From NCBI GenBank assembly GCA_963749085.1, contig CAVVLG010000002.1, positions 445,863 through 509,862 of the forward strand: a stretch of DNA of 64,000 nucleotides. The letters run 5' to 3'. The notes below the pieces were generated by a model. The model saw only the letters and a list, made by a program, of their open reading frames with translations, ran no database searches and was not told the origin of the DNA. The translations under genes were made by a program, and so were the position numbers. This DNA is from Candidatus Adlerbacteria bacterium (GTDB lineage Bacteria > Patescibacteriota > Minisyncoccia > Phycocordibacterales > SBAW01). Numbering within the stretch: the stretch's first letter is position 1; every line of letters starts with the position of its first letter. Below are positions 21,666 through 31,660 of this stretch, piece by piece.

Positions 21666-21983
21666 TCAACCGCCAATTTCGAGAAGTACTATGGCGATAC
21701 CGGCCGCGATAAGTCCGAGTATTTCCACAAATCCGATTCGCTCCTTAAAAAAGAGCCAGCCGACGATAGCCAGAATCGTAATATTAAAAAGTACCAGAAG
21801 TGCCGAGGCGACCTCAATATTCTCAAACTTATAGCTTTCAATAAGCGGAATGAGTCCCCCTATATACAGAAGCATACCAAGCCCATAGAGATACGGATTG
21901 TAATGCCCTGCATAATATTTAAAAACGATGTCGCCAAGTGTGAGCAATACTCCCCCGCCCAATAAAAGTACTGTAACGTACAT
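21666..21983 (-). CDS. SMR/DMT family small membrane protein
   Basis: 4 TM, 105 aa, FFKER...GL. Confidence 0.7.
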   Translation of the reverse strand: MYVTVLLLGGGVLLTLGDIVFKYYAGHYNPYLYGLGMLLYIGGLIPLIESYKFENIEVASALLVLFNITILAIVGWLFFKERIGFVEILGLIAAGIAIVLLEIGG

Positions 21984-21989
21984 ATAGTT

Positions 21990-23306
21990 TTATGCTATTT
22001 TTTCCTTGAGCAAAGCCTCGAGATCGGCTGTGGCGACGCGTTCCTGTTGCCCTGAATCGCGATAGCGCAAGGTTACGGTGTCTTTAAGTTCGGGTTTCTC
22101 GCCGAGCGTGTCGAAGTCTATAGTGATGCAAAAGGGCGTTCCTATCTCATCTTGCCGACGATAGCGTTTGCCGATATTACCGTTATCGTCCCACATAATG
22201 TGTGGGATTTCTTTTTTAAGCGATTCGTAAATGTCGCGTGCCTTAGCAACAAGCTCAGGTTTATTTTTGAGCAACGGAAATACGGCCGCTTTGATCGGGG
22301 CAACCACAGGCTTAAATTTCAGATACACACGGGGCTCTCCGCCGAGTTCATCTTCGGTATATGCAGAGGCAAGCACTGCAAGCACGGTGCGGCCCAAACC
22401 AAAGGTCGGCTCGATAACATGGGGAATAAATTTCGCACCATCTTCATCAACATAGGCAAGGTCAACTCCTGATTTTTCTGTGTGTTGAGAAAGATCAAAA
22501 TCCGTACGGTAGGCAAGACCGTAAAGTTCTTTGCGTCCAAAAGGAAAGTCGAACTCAAAATCAATCGTGCGTTTGCTGTAGTGGGCCCGTTCTCCATCAG
22601 GTACTTCAAGCTCGTGCACTTGTTCTTTGTAAATACCTATTGATTCCAGCCATGCCCACATCTCAACTCTCCAATACTCAAACCATTTCTGCCACTCCGA
22701 CTCTTTAACAAAATATTCAAACTCCATGAGATCAAATTCCCTCACTCGAAAAATGAAGTCGCGCGGCGCGATTTCATTGCGAAACGCTCTCCCGCTTTGC
22801 GCAATGCCAAAGGGGAGCTTGGGATGGAAGGAATCGATAATGTTTTTAAAATTGACGAACATACCTTGCGCTATCTCCCCACGCAAATAGCCGCGCGAGC
22901 TGCCTGCAGTGCTCCCCATGTCAATTGGGAACAGTAAGTTGAACATTTTCGGTTCGCCCAAGGTTCCTCCACATTCAGGACACGCGTGTCCTTCTATATG
23001 ATCGGCACGAAAACGTCGTTTACATTTTTTACATTCAACCATAGGATCTGCAAAACCTTCGAGGTGCCCGCTGGCCGCCCACACTGCCTCAGGCATGACG
23101 ACGCTAGAATCGAGTCCGTACATATCATCACGGCTTTCGACAAAGTTTCGCCACCATAGTTGCTCTATATTTTTTTTGAGCGAAGTGCCAAGTGGCCCGT
23201 AATCCCAGGTACCCGCAAGACCGCCATAAATTTCAGAGCCTTGATAGATGAACCCGCGCCGCTTGCACAGTGACACAATTTTTTCCATTAAGTCATTTTT
23301 TTCCAT
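21990..23306 (-). CDS. glyQS: glycine--tRNA ligase (alpha2 type)
   Basis: CKRRGF..SEIYGG, FRNEI..FR.REF, IEPTFG, IGKRYRRQDEIGTP. Confidence 0.97.
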   Translation of the reverse strand: MEKNDLMEKIVSLCKRRGFIYQGSEIYGGLAGTWDYGPLGTSLKKNIEQLWWRNFVESRDDMYGLDSSVVMPEAVWAASGHLEGFADPMVECKKCKRRFRADHIEGHACPECGGTLGEPKMFNLLFPIDMGSTAGSSRGYLRGEIAQGMFVNFKNIIDSFHPKLPFGIAQSGRAFRNEIAPRDFIFRVREFDLMEFEYFVKESEWQKWFEYWRVEMWAWLESIGIYKEQVHELEVPDGERAHYSKRTIDFEFDFPFGRKELYGLAYRTDFDLSQHTEKSGVDLAYVDEDGAKFIPHVIEPTFGLGRTVLAVLASAYTEDELGGEPRVYLKFKPVVAPIKAAVFPLLKNKPELVAKARDIYESLKKEIPHIMWDDNGNIGKRYRRQDEIGTPFCITIDFDTLGEKPELKDTVTLRYRDSGQQERVATADLEALLKEKIA

Positions 23307-23310
23307 ATAG

Positions 23311-25251
23311 TTAATTCGGTGCGACTACCCCCATCGCGCTCTGAAACCCGGTATCACTGGTGAGATCGATCGTGGGTGCCTGTGCAGTGGCATTTACACT
23401 GACTTGTGCAAAACGATCCTGGCCTGACAACTCAGTATCTCCGGTAAGCTCAGGCACCGAGCCAACCTGGCTGGTGCTCGGGGTCAACACTACCTGAAAG
23501 TTGGCTGTTTGTGCAGGTGAACTATACCCCACGCCGGGACTGACGTTGCCGAGGTTCCAGGTCACCGTCCGGTTGCCGTCATCATAACTTATACCGCTTG
23601 CTCCGGTGGAGGCGTAGGTCACGTATGGTGGTAGTACAGTAGACACCGTGGTATTGGCGAGAGGATTTGAAGAGTTGGTCACCGTCCAGGCTATGGTGTA
23701 GGAGGTATTTTGTCCGGGCACCGGGGGCATCGGCCCCGTGTTAGTTATGGGCCCCGTAAAGTGGAGCGCTTGCGCAGTGAGCGATACGACCGACGCCAGC
23801 GAGACAGTGGCCGAAGCGGCAGAAGTCACTTGCTGGGACGTCCCCGAGCCGCCCACTTCGTTGCCAGTAACACTAAGGTTAAGCGTAATAGTAGGATTCG
23901 TGACCAAGACGCTTCCAGAGCCGGCCGGCAGTGTGTTGAAGCTAAACTCGAGGGTTCCTGTCTGTCCTGGTTGTATGGTGGCAAGCGACGGATCTTGGCT
24001 GCTTCCCCACGTAATAGTGTTATCCTGCGATTGGTAGAAACCTGTTTGCGAGGAAATGGAAGTGGGATCGAGCGCCGGCCCCGACAACGATAGGCTGAAC
24101 TGAGCGTTCGATACCGCAGTCGGCAGATTGTTCTGCCAGGTGATGGCACCTTGCAAAGACGCTCCAGAAGTAACCGATATGTTTGGACCAGCCTGTCCGT
24201 TAACTGAAATGGTACCGGTGATAAACGGCTGACTGAGCGTCACGGTCACCGGGACGCTGAGGAGTGGCACGTCGACCGTGGTGTCGGTCGGATCGGCATT
24301 TGAACCCGAAAGAAATGTAAAGACGAGCGATTGGCCGTTTTGGCCCGCTATCGAACCCAGAAGATTAATAACCTGGGATGCGCCGGGCGCCAAAGTACCC
24401 AAGTTCCAGAACGTCCCGCCCGCTTGTGCCGCAGGATTGGAACTTGCGAATGAATAGCCGAACGGGTACTCCCCCTGTACAACGACACCATCAAGCGGCG
24501 TGGTCGCATTATTTTCGACCGTTATCGCTATCGGGAACTGCTGGCCCACAATGGCCTGGGTCGGTGCGTTTATGGAAAGCGAAATCGGGGAGGAACCGAT
24601 GACGAATTGCGCTTGGGCCTGTTTTTCGAAAATAGCGTTGGAGCCGGTGAGACTATACTCCAACGTCACACTGACGGTCTCCTGGGCGCCTTCCTGACCA
24701 TAAAAGAGCGCGTCCGCAGTTTGTGTAACGGACTGCCCTGCATTTATAGTGCCGACGGATTGCTGATTGTTCGAAAGCGTTTGCGTGGGATCAGAGGGAT
24801 CGCGCGTGCCAGCGGGATACGTGATGAGGAGATTGACCAGATTGAGCGAGGAAGTGTTGCGATTGTCTATTACGATTTGGAACGAAGTGTCTTTGCCGCT
24901 ATCGACGAGAGAGGGTATGACCACTTGCAGGTCGATATTTTGTGGAGAGATGAGATTGTTACCAATAAAGAATACGTATGCGGCGACGCCGGTCGCGCAC
25001 ACAAAGAACAGCAGTGACCAAATAAGGAATTTCCCGGCAAGTGACATCTTCTTTTTAGGCTCAAACTGCGCAAGCGGCGGTCTTTTTGGGCCAGAAGGTT
25101 TGGCCTTTTCTTCCTCCTGCCACGACACAGGCGCTTCGGGCCGCTCGCTTGAGAGCGGTGTGCGTATGTCGTTCATGGGGTTCCCCTCTTTTTGTCGTGA
25201 ATAGAGCTTACGTTTGAGCTCTTCTATATCATCCTTATCCTCCGAAGGCAT
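23311..25251 (-). CDS. membrane-anchored multi-Ig-like (DUF11-like) surface protein
   Basis: Cytoplasmic N-terminus, one TM, repeated 'WxLGxxxPG' beta-sandwich motifs. Confidence 0.65.
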   Translation of the reverse strand: MPSEDKDDIEELKRKLYSRQKEGNPMNDIRTPLSSERPEAPVSWQEEEKAKPSGPKRPPLAQFEPKKKMSLAGKFLIWSLLFFVCATGVAAYVFFIGNNLISPQNIDLQVVIPSLVDSGKDTSFQIVIDNRNTSSLNLVNLLITYPAGTRDPSDPTQTLSNNQQSVGTINAGQSVTQTADALFYGQEGAQETVSVTLEYSLTGSNAIFEKQAQAQFVIGSSPISLSINAPTQAIVGQQFPIAITVENNATTPLDGVVVQGEYPFGYSFASSNPAAQAGGTFWNLGTLAPGASQVINLLGSIAGQNGQSLVFTFLSGSNADPTDTTVDVPLLSVPVTVTLSQPFITGTISVNGQAGPNISVTSGASLQGAITWQNNLPTAVSNAQFSLSLSGPALDPTSISSQTGFYQSQDNTITWGSSQDPSLATIQPGQTGTLEFSFNTLPAGSGSVLVTNPTITLNLSVTGNEVGGSGTSQQVTSAASATVSLASVVSLTAQALHFTGPITNTGPMPPVPGQNTSYTIAWTVTNSSNPLANTTVSTVLPPYVTYASTGASGISYDDGNRTVTWNLGNVSPGVGYSSPAQTANFQVVLTPSTSQVGSVPELTGDTELSGQDRFAQVSVNATAQAPTIDLTSDTGFQSAMGVVAPN

Positions 25252-25269
25252 GCACAAAAGTATAGCACT

Positions 25270-25851
25270 TTAGAGGCCCGTGGCGCCGAGAGATTCGTTA
25301 ATGGTGCGCACCAAAAGACTCCGTGAACGCGCCGCGGCGGCGGCCAATTCTAGAGAAAAAAAGCTCTCTGATATGAATGGCTCGAGTTCGGGACGCTTGG
25401 GCAGATATCCTAAATGTGAGAGAATGCGCAGAACGATCACGCACTCTATAGCTTCGGCATCGGCATCATTGAGAGCCTGAGCCAAAGACATGAGGCCTTC
25501 CGTGACACTTCGATAAAGATTCGCCGTAGGTTCCTCCCCTTGGAGAAGACGGAGGAGTAATTTCAGCACTTGGCCGGCGCGTCTGCGACGTGGCGCCGAA
25601 AGCGGTATGCATTCTCTGGAAACAGTTTCAGCACCGGTAAGCTTCCATTCGTGTTTGCCGCGTACGAAACTGAATCGTCCACGAGTCAGCGGTTCAAGAC
25701 CGTAGCGCAATTTTGAGCGCTCAAGCCGGGTGCTTTTGGCCGATGCTTTTAGCAGACCAAACTCCACGGTGAGCACGGTGAGGAGACTGCTGGCCTCGCC
25801 CGTGGCGCGCTTCCCCAACACCAGTCCTTCGGTAATATAAATTTTATGCAT
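25270..25851 (-). CDS. recO: DNA repair protein RecO
   Basis: TEGLVL...LT.EFG.L.A.AKS.R...SKLRYGLEP; start overlaps ileS stop. Confidence 0.85.
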   Translation of the reverse strand: MHKIYITEGLVLGKRATGEASSLLTVLTVEFGLLKASAKSTRLERSKLRYGLEPLTRGRFSFVRGKHEWKLTGAETVSRECIPLSAPRRRRAGQVLKLLLRLLQGEEPTANLYRSVTEGLMSLAQALNDADAEAIECVIVLRILSHLGYLPKRPELEPFISESFFSLELAAAAARSRSLLVRTINESLGATGL

Positions 25852-28800
25852 CACTCGTTTGCGATTCGACCTCAAGTGAGCCAAGGCCAGCCTGCTCGAT
25901 GATTTCAGCCCTAAATTTCTCCGCTATGCGTGCTTCCTCTACAGCAAATACTTTCAGTGTATAGGTCGGCCTGTCAATTATCTGCATCTTTTGCTCTTTG
26001 CGCCACTCTTGTATGCGACGGACGATGTCGCGTACCAGACCTTCTTCTTTTAACTCCAGGGTAAGCGCGGTATCGAGCCATACTTTCTCCTCAAGCACCG
26101 TGTCTTCAACGATAGATTTGACGTTTACCTCCTCGACAATAAGTTGCTGGAGTTCAGGACGTATCGCCAGCATGCGAACTTTAAGGGTGGCGAGCGGCTG
26201 ACGGATCTTGATGCCTGCTTTCTCGCGCATATGTAGTGCCTCAGAGGCAATAGTTCTAGTTTCGCGCATGTCAGCCACCAGAGGCAGATCAATAGGAAGA
26301 ATGTCCGGCCAGTCGCACAGATGAACGCTTTCTTTATCATCTGCGCTTCTCATGGCCCTAAATAGCTCCTCAGCAAAAAACGGCATGACCGGTGCCATTA
26401 CTTTAGATAGCGTATAAAGCACGAATCGAAGCGTCTTTAGGGCATCATCTTTATCTACCTGTTTGGTCTTAAACCGATCGCGCGAGCGGCGCAGATACCA
26501 GGTCGAGAGATCGTCGATAAAATCCGCAAGCGGCCGCGTCGCAGCATCCAGTTCATAGCGCTCGAATCCTTCGGTCGTCTTCTGTATCAACTCGCCGAGT
26601 CTGGAAAGTATCCAACGATCCAGAATATGAACTGATGAAGCGGAGATTTCTAGACTTGGTTTTTTAGAATCATACAGCTCATAAAAACTACGAACGTTAC
26701 TTAAACGCATCAACAATTTTTTCGATACCTCCTCCACCCCGCGCGCTGAGAAGCGCAAGTCCTCTCCGCGTATGACTGAAGAGGAAAGGAGGTAATAACG
26801 GAGGGCGTCAGCGCTGAACCGCTCGACCAGCTCCATAGGATCGGGATAATTCTTCAGCTTTTTGGACATCTTCCGGCCATCCTCGGCGAGCACGAGCCCG
26901 TTGGTTACCACCGCCTTATAAGGGCTCCTTCCAAACAACCCTACCCCAAGGACAATGAGCGAGTAGAACCACCCGCGGGTCTGGTCGATGCTTTCGGCAA
27001 TAAAATCCGCTGGATATCCTTTAGGAAATAGACCCAAAAGACGCTTGGGATTAAATGAGTGCTTGTCGTTGAATGGATAATGATTACTCGCAAAAGGCAT
27101 CGAGCCGGACTCAAACCAACAGTCAAACACATCAGGCACCCGTTGCCATATACCGTTTATTGAATCGCCAAGCGCGATATCATCGATGTACGGGCGGTGC
27201 AAATCAAGTTCGTAGTTAGCATTGTGCGGAAAGGGAACAAAATGAAGCCTCATATACTGACCTTTGTCGAGGTAATTATCTTGTTTCCTCAGATGTTTTA
27301 AATCGGGAAGTGAAGTCCTATCCGCAACACGAGCCAAACACCAGGCAGGGTCTCCATGGGTCACCATGAGAATATTTTTATTAGTATAACGTCGCTCTAT
27401 ATCGAAAAGAAATTCTGCAACCCGACTACGCAGTTGCATAAGTGTCTCTGCGCCTCCCGGAGACTTCACAAAGTGATCACTAAAAGAAGGAAATTCGTCA
27501 TGCCATTTCTCTAGAGATGCTCCACTGAAGGTCCCCAATCGACGTTCCCCTAGACGCTCATCGGTCATTACTACTGAGGGAGGGAGCCCGAAGGTAGCTT
27601 GTGCAATAGCAGCAGTTTCCTGGGCGCGAGCGAGGGGAGAAACAACTATGACGTCAATGTTTACTTCCCTCTTCAGTTGCTCAACACTTCTTTTAATGTC
27701 AATTTTTCCTTTTTCGGTTAAATGATTCTCGATGACATTGTCTGAACTTACAAAATTCTCGATGTTACTGCGCGCCTCTCCGTGCCGTAATATAAAGTAT
27801 GTGTTCCCGCTTCGGCGAACCATCGAGAGCAATTCATTGACTGAGCTGACTATTTTTTGTTCTTTCGTTTTACTGTGGTGCCACACTGGCAGAGGAGCTC
27901 CCCAAAAACGACTGCGCGAAATCGCCCAATCGGGCGCGGTCTCAAGCCCTTTGCGGAATCGTCCCGCTCCAACATATCGGGGTACCCAGCGAATTTTTTC
28001 GTTCTCTGAAATAAGTTTGTTTTTTATTTTTTGTACACTGACGAACCACGAATTGGCCGCCCAATTGAGAAGTGGGGTCTCGCAGCGCCAGCAATGCGGG
28101 TATGCGTGTTTTATTTTTTCCTCTGTAAACAGGAGCCCATGCACACGTAACCACTCGGCAATTTTTTGATCGGTCTCCTTCGGGTTGCCTTTCGGTTTGA
28201 CTGGAAGGTGTGCGAAGTCGGTGACGGTCGCGATGAATTTACCTTCATCGGTCACGTGATGAATGAGCGGTATTTTTTCCTTTTGCGCGAGTGTAAGATC
28301 ATCCTCTCCAAACACCGGAGCAATGTGCACTATACCGGTGCCTTCGGTGAGCGTTACGAACGGTGCGGCATAGACCCGCCATGCGTGCGTCTTGTGTTTG
28401 TGGAGTTCATCTTTAAAGTAAGCAAACGGCGGCTCATAGCGCTTGCCTACCAACTCTTTGCCTTTGAACTCTTCGACTATATCTGGAGAAGAAAGAGCGG
28501 GAATCTTTTCTAGAAGGTCCTTGGCGACGATGACATATGCATCCCCTGCCTTTACTTTCACATAGTTGGCATCAGCGTTTACTGCGACGGCAGTGTTGCC
28601 TGGAAGAGTCCACGGCGTGGTTGTCCATATAAGAAGAGCGGTTTGCGGCTCATCCACAAGCGGCAACCTCACAGTGACGGCAATATCATCGATATCCTTA
28701 TACCCTTGCGCCACCTCGAAATTCGAGAGGGTCGTCCCGCAGCGCGGACACAGTTGCATGGACTTGAACCCCTCGTAGATGAACCCGCGGTCGTAGAGAT

Positions 28801-29329
28801 TCTTGAAAGCCCACCATACTGACTCGGTATAGCTCGCATCCATGGTGCGGTAGTCATTTTCCATATCAATCCAGCGCCCGAAACGCGGAATGATCCTTCT
28901 CCAATCATCCGCATAGCGCAAAACAGCATTCCTCGCCGCGGCATTAAACTTCTCTATCCCGAACTTCTCGATATCGCGCTTGGTCTTGATGCCAAGTTCC
29001 TGCTCTATCTGGTTCTCCAAGGGCAACCCGTGACAGTCCCACCCCCAGCGGCGTTCAACGTGAAAGCCCCGCATGGTTTGATAACGCGGTATTGCATCTT
29101 TAAGAGCACTCTGGAGCAAATGTCCATAATGGGGCAGTCCTGTTGCGAACGGCGGTCCATCATAAAAGATATAGTCGCCTTGTGGTGAAGGCTTATCAAG
29201 CGATTTCTCAAAGATTTTCTCGCGATTCCAAAATTCAAGAATTTCCTCCTCTCGATGTGCTGCTGGGGATTTGGCCAAGTACGGAGGTACATCCCGCTCC
29301 TCCCCACCCTGTTTGAGGTCATCAACCAT
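25844..29329 (-). CDS. ileS: isoleucine--tRNA ligase (type 2) with inserted histidine-phosphatase domain
   Basis: DGPPFATGLPHYGH, GWDCHGLP, WTTTPWTLP, DQTRGWF, KMSKK; insert carries LRHGE, SPLARAQETA, VTHG. Confidence 0.96.
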   Translation of the reverse strand: MVDDLKQGGEERDVPPYLAKSPAAHREEEILEFWNREKIFEKSLDKPSPQGDYIFYDGPPFATGLPHYGHLLQSALKDAIPRYQTMRGFHVERRWGWDCHGLPLENQIEQELGIKTKRDIEKFGIEKFNAAARNAVLRYADDWRRIIPRFGRWIDMENDYRTMDASYTESVWWAFKNLYDRGFIYEGFKSMQLCPRCGTTLSNFEVAQGYKDIDDIAVTVRLPLVDEPQTALLIWTTTPWTLPGNTAVAVNADANYVKVKAGDAYVIVAKDLLEKIPALSSPDIVEEFKGKELVGKRYEPPFAYFKDELHKHKTHAWRVYAAPFVTLTEGTGIVHIAPVFGEDDLTLAQKEKIPLIHHVTDEGKFIATVTDFAHLPVKPKGNPKETDQKIAEWLRVHGLLFTEEKIKHAYPHCWRCETPLLNWAANSWFVSVQKIKNKLISENEKIRWVPRYVGAGRFRKGLETAPDWAISRSRFWGAPLPVWHHSKTKEQKIVSSVNELLSMVRRSGNTYFILRHGEARSNIENFVSSDNVIENHLTEKGKIDIKRSVEQLKREVNIDVIVVSPLARAQETAAIAQATFGLPPSVVMTDERLGERRLGTFSGASLEKWHDEFPSFSDHFVKSPGGAETLMQLRSRVAEFLFDIERRYTNKNILMVTHGDPAWCLARVADRTSLPDLKHLRKQDNYLDKGQYMRLHFVPFPHNANYELDLHRPYIDDIALGDSINGIWQRVPDVFDCWFESGSMPFASNHYPFNDKHSFNPKRLLGLFPKGYPADFIAESIDQTRGWFYSLIVLGVGLFGRSPYKAVVTNGLVLAEDGRKMSKKLKNYPDPMELVERFSADALRYYLLSSSVIRGEDLRFSARGVEEVSKKLLMRLSNVRSFYELYDSKKPSLEISASSVHILDRWILSRLGELIQKTTEGFERYELDAATRPLADFIDDLSTWYLRRSRDRFKTKQVDKDDALKTLRFVLYTLSKVMAPVMPFFAEELFRAMRSADDKESVHLCDWPDILPIDLPLVADMRETRTIASEALHMREKAGIKIRQPLATLKVRMLAIRPELQQLIVEEVNVKSIVEDTVLEEKVWLDTALTLELKEEGLVRDIVRRIQEWRKEQKMQIIDRPTYTLKVFAVEEARIAEKFRAEIIEQAGLGSLEVESQTSDA

Positions 29330-29343
29330 ATTTAAAAACTATA

Positions 29344-31017
29344 CTACATCTCCTCAGGAGCGGGGATGCCGAGTACTTGCAAACCTTTTGACAACGTGTG
29401 CTCAACCGCGCTTGCAAGCAAAAGACCGTAAGACGGATGTGCTCCACCAATGACGCGTTCGCTTGCATACCAACTATTAAATGCCGAGGCAAGTTCCGTA
29501 AGATAGGTGGTAACGTAGTGAGGATCAAGTTCCCGCGCCGCGCGGGCGAGCACTTCCGGATAGTGCACGAGCATGCGCTCAGGTATAGTGGGAGTATTCG
29601 GTGCATCGGCAATGGAAATTCTAATTCCTGCTGCTTTGGCGGCCTGTACCAGCGAGTGAGCCCGTGTGTGTGCGTATTGCAGATACGGTCCTGAGTCTCC
29701 CTCAAGCGAAAGTGATTTTTCAGGATCAAATATAATATCCTTTCCTCTTCCCTGCTTGAGGACCGCGTATTTAATCGCGCCAACCGCCACTTGCTCGGCA
29801 ATCAAATCCGGACGTTTTAACTCGCGCAAAGACATTTTACCTTTCGCCACCTCCCTCAAATCCATCAAAAGAGACTCGCCGCTTATAACATTACCCTTAC
29901 GAGAAGACATTCTTCCAGTGGTCAGCCGCAGAAACCCGTGTGCGATATGCCGGAGCGTTCTTCCGTCAGTTTTTTCGGGAAAGACTTTCTTGACAGCAGC
30001 AAACACTACCTTAAAGAAGGCTTCTTGTTCAAGCCCGGTCACCGTTATCGAAGTTTCGAAGTACGGGAACTTTTCGCTTTTGAGCTCAAAAAGGCCTATT
30101 TCTTTGGCTTCGTATGCGGGGAGACCTTGCGAGTTGAGAAACACCCGGGTGTGGAGTCCCTCCTGTTCGCCACGATACACAACCGCTCCTTCGCTCTCTT
30201 CGAACACGCTTCCGGTATGTTTTTGCACTATGTCTTTGCCCAACGGTCCGGAATCACTTTCAAAAAACTCCGCATCAAACTTTGTGCCTAACCGCTCGCA
30301 CAATGCATCGAGATGTCTGCGCGACGTCTCCACACCTTTCTTACGCAACCCAGACCAAACCGCATTTTTATTTATGTAGAGCGCTTCGTTTATTTCCTCG
30401 ATTTCCTTTTTTTGCGATACATTGGTTTCATAGGCTTCGTTGCCAGCGACATAGGCCTGACCGAGTTGTACAATATCCGCGGGATCGAGATTATTTTTCC
30501 ACAAGCCCCAGACGCCTTTTGCAACCGTCAGACCGATATCAGAAGGGTAATTCAATCGTTTCACTCCTGCCCCCGCATGTTCAAGAACTCGGGTGATAGA
30601 CTCGCCCAAAATATTACCTATAAGGTTGCCTATATGCAGTGGTTTGAAAAGATTAGGACTTGTGTATTCGACTAACACGATTTTTCCTTCATATATGTCA
30701 GAATCTCCCCAGGCTTTATTACTCGCTGCAGCTTGTATCCCCTCTATAGTTATTTCTCTCGAAAGAAAAAAATTAACAAAGCCTCCCATTGGAACCATGT
30801 TATCTACCCCGACAATTTTCCCCCTTAGGTACCCCACTAACTCTTGAGCAAGATGATCAGGATTCTTCTTTAAAAGTTGAGCGGCAGAAAACGCCGCATT
30901 TGTCGCGTAGTCACCGTGCTCCAATGAATCAGGGCGATCAACACTAAATGACACTTCGGGGGCACCGAGCGAAATAAGTTCCTCCTTTATCGCTGCATGT
31001 ATGTCGTCTCTGATCAT
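29344..31017 (-). CDS. argS: arginine--tRNA ligase
   Basis: HGDYATN, EYTSPN..KPLHIGN, MSSRKG, GPYLQYAH. Confidence 0.96.
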   Translation of the reverse strand: MIRDDIHAAIKEELISLGAPEVSFSVDRPDSLEHGDYATNAAFSAAQLLKKNPDHLAQELVGYLRGKIVGVDNMVPMGGFVNFFLSREITIEGIQAAASNKAWGDSDIYEGKIVLVEYTSPNLFKPLHIGNLIGNILGESITRVLEHAGAGVKRLNYPSDIGLTVAKGVWGLWKNNLDPADIVQLGQAYVAGNEAYETNVSQKKEIEEINEALYINKNAVWSGLRKKGVETSRRHLDALCERLGTKFDAEFFESDSGPLGKDIVQKHTGSVFEESEGAVVYRGEQEGLHTRVFLNSQGLPAYEAKEIGLFELKSEKFPYFETSITVTGLEQEAFFKVVFAAVKKVFPEKTDGRTLRHIAHGFLRLTTGRMSSRKGNVISGESLLMDLREVAKGKMSLRELKRPDLIAEQVAVGAIKYAVLKQGRGKDIIFDPEKSLSLEGDSGPYLQYAHTRAHSLVQAAKAAGIRISIADAPNTPTIPERMLVHYPEVLARAARELDPHYVTTYLTELASAFNSWYASERVIGGAHPSYGLLLASAVEHTLSKGLQVLGIPAPEEM

Positions 31018-31637
31018 GATTGCAAAATATCTTCAACCATTTTTTTTACGTCCTTATACACTTCCTCGATTGTACGATTGGCATCTATTACCTTAGCCTG
31101 CGGGAGAGTTTTCGCGACTTCTAAAAAACCTTGCCGAACACGCTCATGAAGCTCAAGGGGCATCTTCTCCATAGTGTCGAGTACTTTCCCCGCCAACTTT
31201 TGCCGTTGTTGGCCGACCTCCACCGGAACGTCAAGCACGATCGCAAGATCAAGTGGACACCCGCGATAGATAAAATCGAGGCACTCCTGCATCAAAGAAG
31301 TGAGTTCCAAATATTGCCTACCATAGAGTTGGTATGCATAGGTAGAGAGCCACGAACGGTTGGAGATTACGTTTTTGCCGCTTTGGAGGGCAGGACGAAC
31401 GACTTCTTCAATATGTTGGGCGCGATCGGCCAAAACTAAAAAAAATTCCGCGGGGATTGAAACCGATCCCGCAGCCTCATGAAAAAGTGCTTGGCGAATA
31501 TATTGTCCAAGCGGCGTACCGCCTGTTTCGCGCGTATAAACGAACTGTGGTCCAGAAAAATCTTTTTTTAGTAGTTTGATCTGCGTGTCCTTCCCGGCAC
31601 CATCCCCACCCTCAATGACGAGAAACTTTCCATGCAT
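31014..31637 (-). CDS. tmk: dTMP kinase
   Basis: IEGGDGAGKDTQ, TRE, ADRAQH, AYQ. Confidence 0.93.
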   Translation of the reverse strand: MHGKFLVIEGGDGAGKDTQIKLLKKDFSGPQFVYTRETGGTPLGQYIRQALFHEAAGSVSIPAEFFLVLADRAQHIEEVVRPALQSGKNVISNRSWLSTYAYQLYGRQYLELTSLMQECLDFIYRGCPLDLAIVLDVPVEVGQQRQKLAGKVLDTMEKMPLELHERVRQGFLEVAKTLPQAKVIDANRTIEEVYKDVKKMVEDILQS

Positions 31638-31660
31638 TGAGTTACTGTAACATGACGATA

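Noticed and set aside
27235-27815. Intein or intron in ileS
   Set aside because: No C/S start with HN-C/S/T end and no LAGLIDADG motif; the insert has histidine-phosphatase motifs and is in frame
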